64,000 nt of DNA, taken from contig NW_027362763.1 in the NCBI RefSeq assembly GCF_046119375.1, positions 329,468,001 to 329,532,000 on the forward strand, given 5' to 3'. The DNA is from Phyllobates terribilis. Taxonomy: Eukaryota. Both the position numbers and the translations under genes were made by a program. Numbering within the stretch: position 1 is the first letter of the stretch; each line of letters starts with the position of its first letter. The notes under the pieces were generated by a model. That model had not been told where the DNA came from and did not search any database. It worked only from the letters and a program-made list of their open reading frames with translations. Shown here one piece after another: positions 12,724-25,981 of this stretch.

Positions 12724-13851
12724 CAAATGTAGTCTGGATAGTCTGAGGCAGTACTGGTAGGAAGTCCAGAGCATAAACAATCACAAGCTGCACAGATAAC
12801 TGCGGGTGGGTGAAGGAAAGCTGAAAATGTAAAATAAATGTACTCAGCCTTTTAATAATTTGCAGACCAATGAGAATCTAAACTTAAATAAAGTTGTACA
12901 GTTCGTCTAAGAAAAGATATATGTTCTAATATAAGTTTTATGTTGGCCAAGGTCCTTAATGAATAAAAGCTGTGCCAAACCTGGAAAGCATAAACAAGGC
13001 CTATGAGCTCTTGCTGACTTGCAGTGGTGGTGTGCGCCATACTTATTAAACAGCTACGGATAGGTTCACATCTGCATTAAAAATTATTATTAGAACAGAA
13101 GAATGCGATTTATGCAGGAGATGAATCCGTACAATGATGGACTGAAAATCAGCTCCCAGTAGACCTTATTGACTATAAAGGAGTCTGTCATTTTACATGC
13201 TGCACTATTATTTTCAGTAAAAATCATGGAATCTATGACTGAGCCTCCAATGCAGATGGGAATGAAGACCAAAACATTTTTTAAATTTGCTTTTATCATT
13301 AAAAGGGGTATGAGAAGTAAGTAATTCAGTTTGGTAAGGATTTTACCCATGACTTGAGAGAGAATGATTAGTTCAGAAAGACAGCAAATCATTTCAGTGA
13401 TAAAATATAGTATATTACAAAGTTTCCTATTGTCACTTGTACTATTGATTTATGAAGCTCTCGTACATATTAGAAGAAAGTGGGCTGAACCGATTTCAGA
13501 GGTACCAGAGCACCACCTGTGTATGAGAGCCTTCAAATTCTGCCCCAAAAGATGATGATGATGGAAAAGAGAAGGATCGGAAAAATGTAATTTCAATGGT
13601 CAATTCCTTTGTTTTCAAGGGCTATAAGCCTCTACTAGTGGTTTCTAGCAGTTGCTTTCTTCTCTCTCCTTGTTGAAAACATATGAATAGCTCATGTTTA
13701 TAAGGAGTCTGAAGACATAGTGGTCTGACAAATGAGCATTCATCAAACAGCTCAGCTCATTTGTATGTCCAGCTTACGTATGATTCACACACATCATATT
13801 ATAGAAATTGGCGAAAATCATAGCAAATATAATGTATCAATATATCCTTAA

Positions 13852-14292
13852 AGGGGTTGTCCACTACTTGGACAACTCCTTCTCAACCCTCATGTTGCCC
13901 CCTTGAAAAATAATACTCACCTCCAGTGCCAGTGCTGTTCCAGCAGTGTCCGCACTCGCTCTGCAGGGGATTGTGTAACATTATAACACGCGATCCCTGT
14001 GGCTAATCATGCTGGTTTCACTTTCCCAGTCTTCGTATCACATACATCCGAAGGATGTGAGAGATCAGCAGCTTTCACTCCCTCTGGATGTGTGTGATTT
14101 GTCCGAAGGACGGGAGACTGAAGTCAGCACTGATTGGCTACAGGGATTACGTGACATAACAATGCTACGTGATCCCTGGGAGAGCCAATGACGACATCAC
14201 TGAAACAGCGCTGGCACTGGAGGTGAGTATAAATGTTGTTATTTTACAAGGGGGAAACATAGGAATTCAAAAGTGGTTGTCCGAGTAGTGGA
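13852..14292. mobile_element. T2/Kolobok-type MITE
   Basis: TTAA-AGGGGTTGTCCACTACTTGGACAAC left end; partial right arm GTTGTCCGAGTAGTGGA; internal inverted arms. Confidence 0.7.
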
Positions 14293-14305
14293 ATGGAGTC
14301 ATATA

Positions 14306-15782
14306 CAGTGGGGAAAAAAGTAATTAGTCAGCCACCAATTGTGCAAGTTCTCCCACTTAAAAAGATGAGAGAAGCCTGTAATTGATATCATAGGTAGACC
14401 TCAACTATGAGATACAAAATGAGAAAACAAATCCTGAAAATCACATTGTCTGATTTGGAAAGAAATTTTTTTCAAATTTTGGTGGAAAATAAGTATTTGG
14501 TCAATTACAAAAGTTCATCTCAATACTTTGTTACATATCCTTTGTTGGCAGTGACAGAGGTCAAACGTCTTCACAAGGTTTTCTATAGGGTTTAGATCTG
14601 GAGACTGGCTAGGCCACTCTAGGACCTTGAATTGCTTCTTACGAAGCCACTCCTTCATTGCCCTGGCTGTGTGCTTGGGATCATTGTCATTCTGAAAGAC
14701 CCAGCCATGTTTCATCTTCAATGCCCTTGCTGATGGAAGGAGGTTTGCACCCAAAATCTCACGATACATGGCCCCATTCATTCTTTCATGTACACGGATC
14801 AGTCGTCCCGGTCCCTTGGCAGAGAAAAAGCCCTAAAGCATGATGTTGCCACCCCCATGCTTCACAGTAGGTATGGTGTTCTTTGGATGCAACTCAGCAT
14901 TCTCTCTCCTCCAAATATGACGAGTTGTGTTTCTACCAAACAGTTCTACTTCGGTTTCATCTGACCATATGACATTCTCCCAATACTCTTCTGGATCATC
15001 CAAATGCTCTCTAGCAAACTTCAGACGAGCCCGGACATGTAATGGCTGAAGCAGGGGGACACGTCTGGCACTGAAATATCTGAGTCCCTGGCGGCGTAGT
15101 GTGCTACTGATGGTAGCCTGTGTAACATTGGTCCCAGCTCTCTGCAGGTCATTCACTAGGTCCCCCCGTGTGGTTCTGGGATTTTTGCTCACCGTTCTTG
15201 AGATCATTTTGACCCCACGGAGTGAGATCTTGTGTGGAACCCCAGATCGAGGGAGATTATCAGTGGTCTTGTATGTCTTCCATTTTCTAATTATTGCTCC
15301 CACAGTTGATTTCTTCACACCAAGCTGCTTGCCTATTGCAGATTCAGTCTTCCCAGCCTGGTGCAGGGCTATAATTTTGTTTCTGGGGTCCTTTGACAGC
15401 AATTTGGTCTTCACCATAGTGGAGTTTGGAGTGTGACTGTTTGAGGTTGCGGACAGGTGTCTTTTATACTGATAACAAGTTCAAACAGGTGCCAGTACTA
15501 CAAGTAATGAGTGGAGGACAGAGGAGCCTCTTAAAGAAGAAGTTACAGGTCTGTGAGAGCCAGAAATCTTGCTTGTTTGTAATTGACCAAATACTTATTT
15601 TCCACCAAAATTTGAAAAAAATTTCTTTCCAAATCAGACAATGTGATTTTCAGGATTTGTTTTCTCATTTTGTCTCTCATAGTTGAGGTCTACCTATGAT
15701 GTCAATTACAGGCCTCTCTCATCTTTTTAAGTGGGAGAACTTGTACAATTGGTGGCTGGCTAAATACTTTTTTTCCCCACTG
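14306..15782 (-). mobile_element. Tc1-family DNA transposon (copy 2)
   Basis: TIRs CAGTGGGGAAAAAAGTA…, TA at 14304-14305 and 15783-15784, internal transposase. Confidence 0.95.
14515..15417 (-). pseudogene. Tc1 DD34E transposase with nonsense mutation and C-terminal deletion
   Basis: ORFs 14833-15417 and 14515-14781 are in the same frame, separated by TAG where the Trp of GGGNIML(W)G is expected; the sequence after [10 protein letters not shown] is shortened. Confidence 0.9.
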
Positions 15783-16844
15783 TATAACAGGACGTGCATG
15801 GTGCAAATGTTGTCCAGGATTTATAGCATTATAGATGAGTATGCATGTTAACTGCTATGGGGCCTACTGTAAGAAAGTTCCTAGCTCAGGTTTACCCGAT
15901 CATCTTATAGTACATGCTGTATATACTTATTTATTCAATCATCGAGTCATTAAGACAAGTGACAGAGAAAAAAACAGAGGGTCATACTTAACCATGACTC
16001 TGTGTGCACATGTTTTAACATGGAAGAGAGTGATAGCAAGGACCAACACAATCCGGGTGCCCCTTCGCTGTATGTATGAGGCATTTATTATGTGTAAGTT
16101 AACATTTTACAACATACATTTTACATGGGACCAAATGTAAACCTGTGTGTGAACCTTGCGGTTGTGCCCAGCCATGCTGCGTCTCCATTACATATATATG
16201 CTGCAGACTATGCTGTACATATCCATGGCTAGAAATACCGGCAATGTAACATATTCCTGATAGTGAAATGAGGGCTGAGGAATGAGCAGAGCAGTGGAGC
16301 CAGGTGGCTCCTATCTGCTGTCAAATGTTATGTTTCTATTAAAACCTGTTGGCTGTGCGGCAGAGCGATGCTATAATAGCCCTATGAATAAGCGGATTCC
16401 GTTCTACTATGTCAGCCGCGTGAGTCATACCTTAGTAAAGAGGGAACCTCAGGGATACTGTAGATACAACAGGTTGTCATGGTAACACTTGTTTTCTTAC
16501 TTCAGCCTGGTCTCCCGAGATATAAATTATTCACAAGCCAACCACATAAGGTCTTTCCTTTCCAACTAGAAAGGGGCCGTGCTAAGCTAAGAACGCAGTT
16601 CATGATCCTTCTCTATGTCTGCAAACAGAAAGGTCAGATCCCGTGTTGTAACACATTAAAATCATCTTTCTTCTCTAGATGGATATGGGCAATTACAGTA
16701 CAAACAACAATGACATTTCCTACAATACCTTACATCAAAATGGTTATTGAAAATCATGATTGATGGGTTGTTAATATGGAGGAGGCTGTGTTTGAATATA
16801 TAGAAGATCTAGATATGTAAACCATATAAATACAGCAATGAGAA

Positions 16845-17300
16845 ACACTAAGTACACCCTCTTGAATTCTATGAATTTGTTATAGACTTATTAATTTTAT
16901 GGTCTATAGAATTATCTTGACATATTAAAAAAATAAACATCTGGTCCTTCGCATGTAATGATTTGGGCTGGTTTTGCAGCCACAGGACCTGGGCACCTTG
17001 CATTCACTGATCAAACATGAACTTCTCTATATACCAAAGTATTCTAGAGTCAAATGTGAGGTCATGTATCCAAAAGCAAAAGTTTTGCCGAAACTGGGTC
17101 ATGCAACAGGAGAATGATCCCGAGTACACCATCAAATCTACATTAGAAGTGCTGAAAAAGAAAACAATCAGGGTATTACAATGGCCGAGTCAAAGTCCAG
17201 ACTTTGGCCCAATTAAAATGCTCTTCTGGGACCTTAAGAGTTCTGTGCATAAACTAATGCCCACAAGCTTCAGTGAACTTCAATGGATATTCTCATGTTA
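16845..17300 (+). mobile_element. Tc1 transposase remnant
   Basis: Degenerate MQQENDPEYT and QWPSQSPDFGPIK motifs; boundaries approximate. Confidence 0.75.
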
Positions 17301-18054
17301 TTAAATTGCTTTAGTTAGACAGCATGAAAATAAGCAAGTTTTCAATTGCCTTGCTTTTTCTATCTGCTTTCATTCTCCTGCTGTGAAAGCTTTTTTCTTA
17401 CATAGTGTAGAGCTTTTTTTCCATGGAACTCGGCCACCAGAGCCTGGCTGATTCTGCACGGTAGCTACATTCTAGGAGATCCCAACTGCTAACATCCAAG
17501 CCGCCTATCTCTAGTCCATACATTTCTATTCAGCAGTTATCTGCTCAGCTTCCTTACCTCCCCTCCCTCTCAGCTTCTGAGATGTTATCAATCCTGCAAA
17601 ATTACCAGCCTCCAGCATCCGCAACTTCTAAATCCGTTCTGCTAATAATGGCTCTCACTTTCTTGAGCCATGTTCTTGTTCGAATGCTCTGTTATATGTG
17701 TAGACTCAGAACACACACTGACAGACCATTAATGCAGGATGAAGTTCTTGGATCACAATTCAAGGATGAGCAACCGCCTTGAAGCAACATGGAAGTAAGG
17801 AGACTGCTTAGCTCTGAGCTGCTCAAGAGATGACTTAAGTATATACCTTTAAACTAAGAGTGAGACAAAATTCCTCTGGAACGATGTGAGAGACTGATAG
17901 ATTCATACAGAAAGCAAAGTTATTGCTATTGAAGGTGGTTCTAAAAGCCATTGGCGTTTACTTCTGTATTTGACCTAGTTTTTATTAAATAAACAATGAG
18001 CTGATATAATTTGTCATGTGTTATTCATCCGAGGCTGTATTTACATAATTTTAA

Positions 18055-18920
18055 GGCTGTGTTCACACGATGCGTATTTCATGCGTTTCCGCGGCGTTTT
18101 TGCAGTTGCGTAAACGCCGCGGAAACGCATGAAAAACGCATGGTAGAAGGGCAGCAATGTTCCCCAATGGAAATCCGCATGTGCTGTGCCCACGATGCGG
18201 ATTTTTCCGCAGCGTTAACGCTGCGGTCAAAAATCCGCAGCATGTCAATTAATTTTGCGGAAACGCGGCGATTTCGCCGCCATTGACTTGCATTAGAACG
18301 CGCCAATTCCGCAAGACAGCATTTGTACTTGCGTAATTGGTGCGTTCTAATGTGCGGATGGTACCCGGGTGTGGAGGAGAGGAGAGTCTCATCCACACCC
18401 AGGTACCATTAAAAAAGCTGTAAAAAGAAGAATAAAATAAAAAATAAATGTATTCTTACCTTCTGTCGGCCCGCGCAGCGCTCCCGCTTGGTTCCCGGCA
18501 CTTGCAGTGAGTTGTAGGACCTGCGGTGACGTCAGAGTCATGTGACGGGTCACGTGACGCTGACGTCGGCAGGTCTTTCAATTCAAAGTTGCCGGCAGCC
18601 GGGAGAACGGAGTGAGCAGGACAGCGCGGGCCATCGGAGGTAAGTATATACACTCTCTCGGGTCACACTATATAAATCCATGCTGTTTGCATGGATTTAT
18701 ATAGTGTGACCTAGTTATCAAGCACTTTCCAGGTGATGCTAAAATCGCCTGGAAAGCGCTTGTCAATCTGCATGCGGAAACGCATGTGAATCTGCATGTG
18801 GATCCGCATGTATTCTGCAGGAAAAACGCATGCACAATCTGCATGCGTTTTTTCTGCCAGGGAGATGCAGAAATGATGCAGAAATTTTCTGCTTCATTTC
18901 TGCATCGTGTGCACATACCC
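18055..18920. mobile_element. Harbinger-type MITE
   Basis: TAA-GGCTGTGTTCACACGATGC … GCATCGTGTGCACATACCC-TAA; 3-bp TAA TSD. Confidence 0.8.
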
Positions 18921-20501
18921 TAAGACTTTCTAAGAACCATATCTTTTTTTTAAGTCCTGATGTGTAAAATCATTAAAATGTACTTATGACTGTAGATATA
19001 TATGAGAAACACCTGCAGAAATTTCACCTTTTGAAGCTGTATAGTAGCTGATTGATTATGTTAATGACACTCCGATCAAACTCTGATCCGAATTTAATCA
19101 GAGTGTCAGAGTAGTGTGATCCGATTATCCTGGATGAGAGAATCGGAGGACACTGTCAGGAGAAGATGGAGGATAAAATTCACACTGTGACTCCGTGGAA
19201 ATCTGACTGCACGCGGATTTCATCCGAACACAGTCCGATGTTTTCTATGCACCCATAGACTTGAATGGGTGAGTGGCATCCAGTTTGCTCTACAAATCGC
19301 AGCATGCTGTGATTTGTTTTCTTATGCTGAATTCGTATTAGATAAAAAAAAACACTTATCAGCAATGCCCCATAGATAACATTGGTCCAAGCGCTATCCG
19401 ATAAAACGTGCCAGAGTGTGGAATAATCTCATTGCTCATACAGTAGAGAATCTGCATCTGTGATGATGAATAAACCTTCTTTCCTCTAGATGTAGAGGAT
19501 GTCCTCTTATCATTATTGCAGGTCCAGGTGTAGAGAGATCATTAGAAAGATCTCTGAAGTGTCCCCTCATATACTTGTACAGTCTAATTAGACCGCCCCT
19601 AAGCCTTCATTTTTTATAAACTGAATCACCCAAGTTTGATAATTATCAAAAAGCGCCCTATGAATAGCGGATCACCTCTATCCATAGGGTGCTTTTTATG
19701 ATCTCAGGTCATTCATTTTTTCTACAGCAATTTGTCCATCAGATGAAGGTCAAGGATTTGGCCGAAACGTAATGCATTTACTGTGGATTGCACCTGATAA
19801 ATAAAGCATCTTGACTTACATTTTCCTACGAGTGCCAAGTTCTTCATTACTTTATCTACCATAGTACCTTGTTCTAACATATAATTTATAACAAGCACAG
19901 ACAGCCCTGGTGAAGTACGGAAAACTTTGATGGTCAATTTATAAACTTTGATGGGCAATCTATGACTGTGCAATAACATATAAACTATATATGGACACAC
20001 ACCTTTTTGGACCGAGTGCTGTCAATTAAAAAATTGGACAGCACTCAGACCAATGTTATTCAATGGGGTAGTGTAGATGAGCGATTTTTTTCACTGACCA
20101 AATCTGCATGTGTAAAAATTGCAGCATGCTATAGTTTCTTTTGTAAATCGGATGAGACTCGTGCATTTAAGTCTATGGGTGCTCAAAAAAATCTAATACC
20201 GTAGAGAGATAAAGTTAAACATCCGATCTTTACGGACACATTGCAATTCTGTAACATAGGAAACTGTAAATGGTCTGTAAATTATTAATAACTGCTGAGT
20301 AAAAAAACGGATTGTATACGGACAGCACACGGATGACAAGTGAGAGGAAAATTGTCCCACTTTTCTAGATGAAACTCTGAATGTTTTTTTATACGCTCGT
20401 GTGAACCTACCCTAAGACAGAGCAAGCATAGATTGGAAGTTGCCTTGATGGATCGTTTGTACTAATATTGTGTACCGTTATATTTATACTATTGATTTTA
20501 A

Positions 20502-21709
20502 CCCCTTTACGACCTTGGACGTATAGGTACATCCAAGGTCGCCTCCCCCTGATTGATACGGGCTCCGGCGATGAGCCAACAGCTTTTCCGGCACATGACA
20601 GCTGATCTGATCAGCTATCATGTGCCCCTAACAGCCACGGGTGAAAATGTCGCTGTCAAACTCCAATGGTGGCATTTAACATGGCCATGCCGGAAGCGTA
20701 TCATAAGACCCGCCAATCGGAGCGCCCGTCACATGATCGCGGGTTGCCTATGGGTTGGCATGACAACCCAGGGTCTGCCGGAGACCCCTGTGGTTGTCAT
20801 AGCCAATGGGCTATGAGCGCCGCACAGCGGTCAGCGCTCATAATAGATGAGCATTTCTGCAATACATAGCACAGCTGAAGCCCAGCCATATGTAACACAG
20901 GCAATCAGAAGATCACAGCTTATAGTCTCCCATAGAGGCTATTGAAGCCAGTGAAAAGTTAAAAAAATGTTTTTAAAAATATTACAAAAAAAAAAGTATA
21001 ATAGTTCAAATCACCCCCCCTTTTGCCCCATTCAAATTAAAACAATAAAAAAAATACACATATTTGGCATCGCCGCTTTCAGAATAGCCTGATGTAGCAA
21101 TATATAAAAAGAATTAATCCGATCGGTAAACGGCGTAATGAGAAAAAAATCAAAACACCAGAATTACATTTTTTTGGTCGCCGCAACATTGAAATAAAAT
21201 GCAATAACAGGCGATCAAAACATTGTATCTACCCCAAAATGGTATCAATAAAAATGTCAGCTCGGCACGCAAAAAATAAGCCCTCACCCAGCTTCAGATC
21301 CCGATAAATGGAGACGCTACGGGTTGCGGAAAATGGCGCCTTTTTTTTGTTGACAAACTTTGGATTTTTTTTTCACCACTTAAATAAAAAAGATTCTATA
21401 CATATTTGGTATCTGCGAACTCGCAATGACCTGGGATTCATAATGGCAGGTCAGTTTTAGCATTTAGTGAACATTGTAAAAAAAAAAAACTATTGTGGAA
21501 TTGCACTTTTTTTGCAATTTCACTGCACTTGGAATTTTTTTCCTGTTTTCCAGTACATGGTATGGTAAAGCCAACTGTGTCGTTCAAAAGTACAACTCGT
21601 CCCTCAAAAAACAAGCCCTCACATTGACTGAAAAATAAAAAAGGTATGGCTCTGGGAAAAAGAGGAGCAAAAAACGAAGACGCAAAAACGGAAAAAGGTG
21701 GTAAAAGAG
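20502..21709. mobile_element. non-autonomous piggyBac-type element
   Basis: TTAA-CCCCTTTACGACC left end and degenerate …GTAAAAGAG-TTAA right end; no coding capacity seen. Confidence 0.65.
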
Positions 21710-21972
21710 TTAAAGGAGTATTCTCAAGTTTGAAAGTTATATCCTATCTATAGAATAGGGAATAACTTCTCGATTGCTGGGGTTCCAACCGTTGGGAATC
21801 CCACAGATCCTAAAATCCAGGGGTCTGAAGAAGCCCATGTGAATGCAGGAATGGTTAAACATGCACACTGCCTCTCCATTCATTGTTGATGGAACTGCCG
21901 GAGATAGCAGAGTGTTGCACTTGGCTGGTCTTCGGCACTCCCATAAGATTGAATGGAGCAGCAGTGTGCATG

Positions 21973-23181
21973 TGTAGCACCCCGAGGGTTCGGTTGCTAC
22001 AGAGGTATTGCATCTCACCCAGATGTGCGATATCTCACTTCCAGGTAAGGATGGAGTGTGGCTCAGGACCCTAACACCCACATGCACTACACCACATTTC
22101 CGGGGGACAGCTCGACGGTGCTCCCATTAGTTATGCAGGCACGAGTGAGCATGTCCCTGGCTGGAGTGGGGGGAGGGAACACCTAGAGAAGGGAACCCGG
22201 TAGTGTGTGCGTGGGGGAAGTAGATCCTGGGTGCACTCTGTACAGGAGTATAAAGGGAGGCACCATCTTGGAAAGGGAGTGAGTTGAAAGAGGAGAAGAC
22301 AGGGAGCAGAGCTGCTTTATGGGCTCTGCTCCACAGGCAGGCCCTGTCAGGAGGCCTGAGCCTGGAGGAGGAAGAGGAGCAGACTGGGCTCCAGGAAGGA
22401 CAGAGGGGACCCCAGGGGTGTGGACTGGCTGGTAGCCACCACACGCCCGCCGCTACCTGAGTAGGGGGGTCAGGTCAAGAAGATGGGAACCGGATCCCAA
22501 ATTAGTGGAGGAGAGAAACTACCCTCAACTAAGAACCGGAGGCTGCGACATTACATGTGGAGCAGCCCCTCACCACACCCGCTAGAAAGGCACCACATAG
22601 GACCTGGGAAACGCAGGCCAACGTTTGCCCACCAAGAAGGTCCGAGGCAGCTGGACATAAGCGTGGTCACTAGTGGGGTTGAAGACCAGAGACAGGGGAC
22701 ATAAAGGGGGTCCTGCAAAGCACTCCAGAAAGACCTGGGAGTTAACCGAGCCCCTCACCTGGTGAGCACAGCGCGACACAGGCGGCCACCTCTGCAGCGG
22801 TGGCCTGGAGCAGTAACCGAGTAACCGTGAGTAAAGACCCTGAACTGCACCACCAAGACTCCGAGTTGTCTTTGTTGCGCTCGTGTACCACCATCACCCC
22901 CATCATCTATCCCTGCTGCCCTGAGGCCATACCCCTCCCGTTGGGGGTTATAACATCATCGCTGCACCCATACCACCGGCCTCAGCGGACTGTTCTGCAG
23001 CGGCGGCTGCAAAGCCGCACTCAACGGGTGGCGTAGTCGACATCCAAATTAACATCTACTGCCATAGACTGCCACTTAGTTTGACACCCTGGGCACGGAC
23101 CGGGTCACCGCCACAAGGACTACTACCCCTATCCAGATCCGGCTCCGGGTATCCCCTGAATATGGCCCAGGGGGCGCGTCA
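21973..23181 (+). repeat. 5' LTR
   Basis: Direct repeat of 24773-25981 (offset 2800); TATAAA at 22249-22254, AGTAAA at 22830-22835. Confidence 0.92.
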
Positions 23182-23186
23182 ACTTT

Positions 23187-23204
23187 TGGCGTAGTCGGCA
23201 GGAT
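23187..23204 (+). promoter_or_regulatory. primer-binding site complementary to tRNA-Ser
   Basis: TGGCGTAGTCGGCAGGAT is the 18-nt complement of the vertebrate tRNA-Ser 3' end …ATCCTGCCGACTACGCCA. Confidence 0.88.
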
Positions 23205-24763
23205 CTCGTGCCCGCAACCACCGGGTACTGCGTGCCTGAAAAAGAGACTTTTAAAACTTACCATCCGTGAAGTTTTCCCGCCATCCGGCGCCATCTTCAG
23301 CCTTCTTCCCGCCATCCGTGAAGATTCCCGCCATCCGGCGCCATCTTCAGCCTTCTTCCCGCCATCCGGCGCCATCTTCAGCCTTCTTCCCACCATCTGT
23401 GGAGTTTTCCCGCCATTGGGCGCCATCTTGAGGACGCCGCGCGGGAAGAAGAGGGGCGTGGACTCCGAAAGCGCGCGAGAACTGAAGCCCCGCCTCACGT
23501 CCGGACGTTGCGTAAGGTCCTGGAAGGAGCCCAGCAGACGCCGACGTCACTGGAGCGCGACGGAAGGTCCTCGACCCTGATGATCAACTGCGGAGCCGCG
23601 GCCTACGGAAGAGGATCATCGCCAGGTAGGCCACGGTCCACCAGGGGGGAGGAGGACACCAGGAACGGACAGCAAGATGGCGGACCGGCAGCAGACTAAG
23701 CTGCCCAGCATCGGCAGCGCCCCAGCCGTCGCGGGCCCCGACCAGCACCAGGAGAAGACGCGTGACGCAGGAGCGGTCGCAGGAGCAGGTAAGAGGAGTC
23801 TCCCTGTCCCGGACGCTGCCAGCGTCAGCCTGCTCCCGGGCCACCCGGTGGAGCCGCCGATCCCGGGCGCTGCAGACGCAGACCTGCTCCGGACCCCGCA
23901 ACAAGCCCTGCAGCCGAGCCCTCCAGACCTGGGCACTGCCACCACCAGCCCGCGCCCAGGCCCAAAGTCGCACCCCCTGACCCCGGCCGTCATTAACAGT
24001 ACCACTCAGACCCCGAGTACCAAGAGGGCCCGGACGGGTCTGAACCTGAGAAAGAGAAAGGAGCGTGTGGAGCACACCGTTAATCGTAAACGGTAAAAGA
24101 GGAGATGTAAATAGTTACCCGACCGGGTATAAGGACTGTTGTGGGACTGTTTCTACTAAGAGTGTGGTCCCCGTTGGGACAGAAAGAGAACTGTTTCCCT
24201 TACCCCCTACCTGGCTGGGGACTGAGAACAGCCACCCCTTTTTCCCTCTAACTGGCTGGGGACTGAGAACAGCCACCCCTACCTGGCCGAGGACTGAGAG
24301 CGGCCATATCCTGTAAATAATTATGTGTTTCTAGTAATGTATAGGAGTCCTTGGTGGATTTACCGGGAATCCTTTGTACAGTTAGTGGAGCATAACCCAG
24401 GATGGACTAAAAGACTGTTAAGGACTCGGGGCAGGACAGACCCCTACCTGGTTACGTCTCCCTGTTTTAGGAAAATGGACACCTGGTTGCAGAATAAACT
24501 GTGACCTGTTATAAAGAGACTTCTTCGTGGATCTGCTGCTAGAAATGTTTTATATGAAAAATTTATATGCTAGAATGTGTTACTATGAAAAAGAGTTCCA
24601 GAACAGTACACATGCACTTATACCGTTTAAGAGAGAGCCGTTCCCATAAAGGGAAACTGAATGTTGATACCTGTTATACTTGTTGTTTATGAAAAATTTG
24701 CATGTTCTAATGTATACCCTGTCTTTTGCTCAGTTCCAGCCCGCGGACGTGCTGGGTTTTGCC

Positions 24764-24770
24764 AGGGGGG
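24764..24770 (+). promoter_or_regulatory. polypurine tract
   Basis: AGGGGGG ending two bases before the 3' LTR. Confidence 0.6.
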
Positions 24771-24772
24771 CA

Positions 24773-25981
24773 TGTAGCACCCCGAGGGTTCGGTTGCTAC
24801 AGAGGTATTGCATCTCACCCAGATGTGCGATATCTCACTTCCAGGTAAGGATGGAGTGTGGCTCAGGACCCTAACACCCACATGCACTACACCACATTTC
24901 CGGGGGACAGCTCGACGGTGCTCCCATTAGTTATGCAGGCACGAGTGAGCATGTCCCTGGCTGGAGTGGGGGGAGGGAACACCTAGAGAAGGGAACCCGG
25001 TAGTGTGTGCGTGGGGGAAGTAGATCCTGGGTGCACTCTGTACAGGAGTATAAAGGGAGGCACCATCTTGGAAAGGGAGTGAGTTGAAAGAGGAGAAGAC
25101 AGGGAGCAGAGCTGCTTTATGGGCTCTGCTCCACAGGCAGGCCCTGTCAGGAGGCCTGAGCCTGGAGGAGGAAGAGGAGCAGACTGGGCTCCAGGAAGGA
25201 CAGAGGGGACCCCAGGGGTGTGGACTGGCTGGTAGCCACCACACGCCCGCCGCTACCTGAGTAGGGGGGTCAGGTCAAGAAGATGGGAACCGGATCCCAA
25301 ATTAGTGGAGGAGAGAAACTACCCTCAACTAAGAACCGGAGGCTGCGACATTACATGTGGAGCAGCCCCTCACCACACCCGCTAGAAAGGCACCACATAG
25401 GACCTGGGAAACGCAGGCCAACGTTTGCCCACCAAGAAGGTCCGAGGCAGCTGGACATAAGCGTGGTCACTAGTGGGGTTGAAGACCAGAGACAGGGGAC
25501 ATAAAGGGGGTCCTGCAAAGCACTCCAGAAAGACCTGGGAGTTAACCGAGCCCCTCACCTGGTGAGCACAGCGCGACACAGGCGGCCACCTCTGCAGCGG
25601 TGGCCTGGAGCAGTAACCGAGTAACCGTGAGTAAAGACCCTGAACTGCACCACCAAGACTCCGAGTTGTCTTTGTTGCGCTCGTGTACCACCATCACCCC
25701 CATCATCTATCCCTGCTGCCCTGAGGCCATACCCCTCCCGTTGGGGGTTATAACATCATCGCTGCACCCATACCACCGGCCTCAGCGGACTGTTCTGCAG
25801 CGGCGGCTGCAAAGCCGCACTCAACGGGTGGCGTAGTCGACATCCAAGTTAACATCTACTGCCATAGACTGCCACTTTGTTTGACACCCTGGGCACGGAC
25901 CGGGTCACCGCCACAAGGACTACTACCCCTATCCAGATCCGGCTCCGGGTATCCCCTGAATATGGCCCAGGGGGCGCGTCA
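24773..25981 (+). repeat. 3' LTR
   Basis: Near-identical to 21973-23181; I saw mismatches only at 23047/25847 and 23078/25878. Confidence 0.92.

Larger units (their letters stand above)
21973..25981 (+). mobile_element. non-autonomous Gypsy-like LTR retrotransposon
   Basis: Two 1209-bp LTRs (TG…CA), CATG at both flanks (21969-21972, 25982-25985), PBS and PPT present, 1.59-kb internal region without pol motifs. Confidence 0.9.

Noticed and set aside
23187-23204. tRNA gene
   Set aside because: Only the 18-nt complement of a tRNA 3' end (a PBS); no cloverleaf on either strand.
22127-25836. Duplicated 65-105 aa ORFs
   Set aside because: They are identical only because they lie in the two LTRs; no coding signatures.
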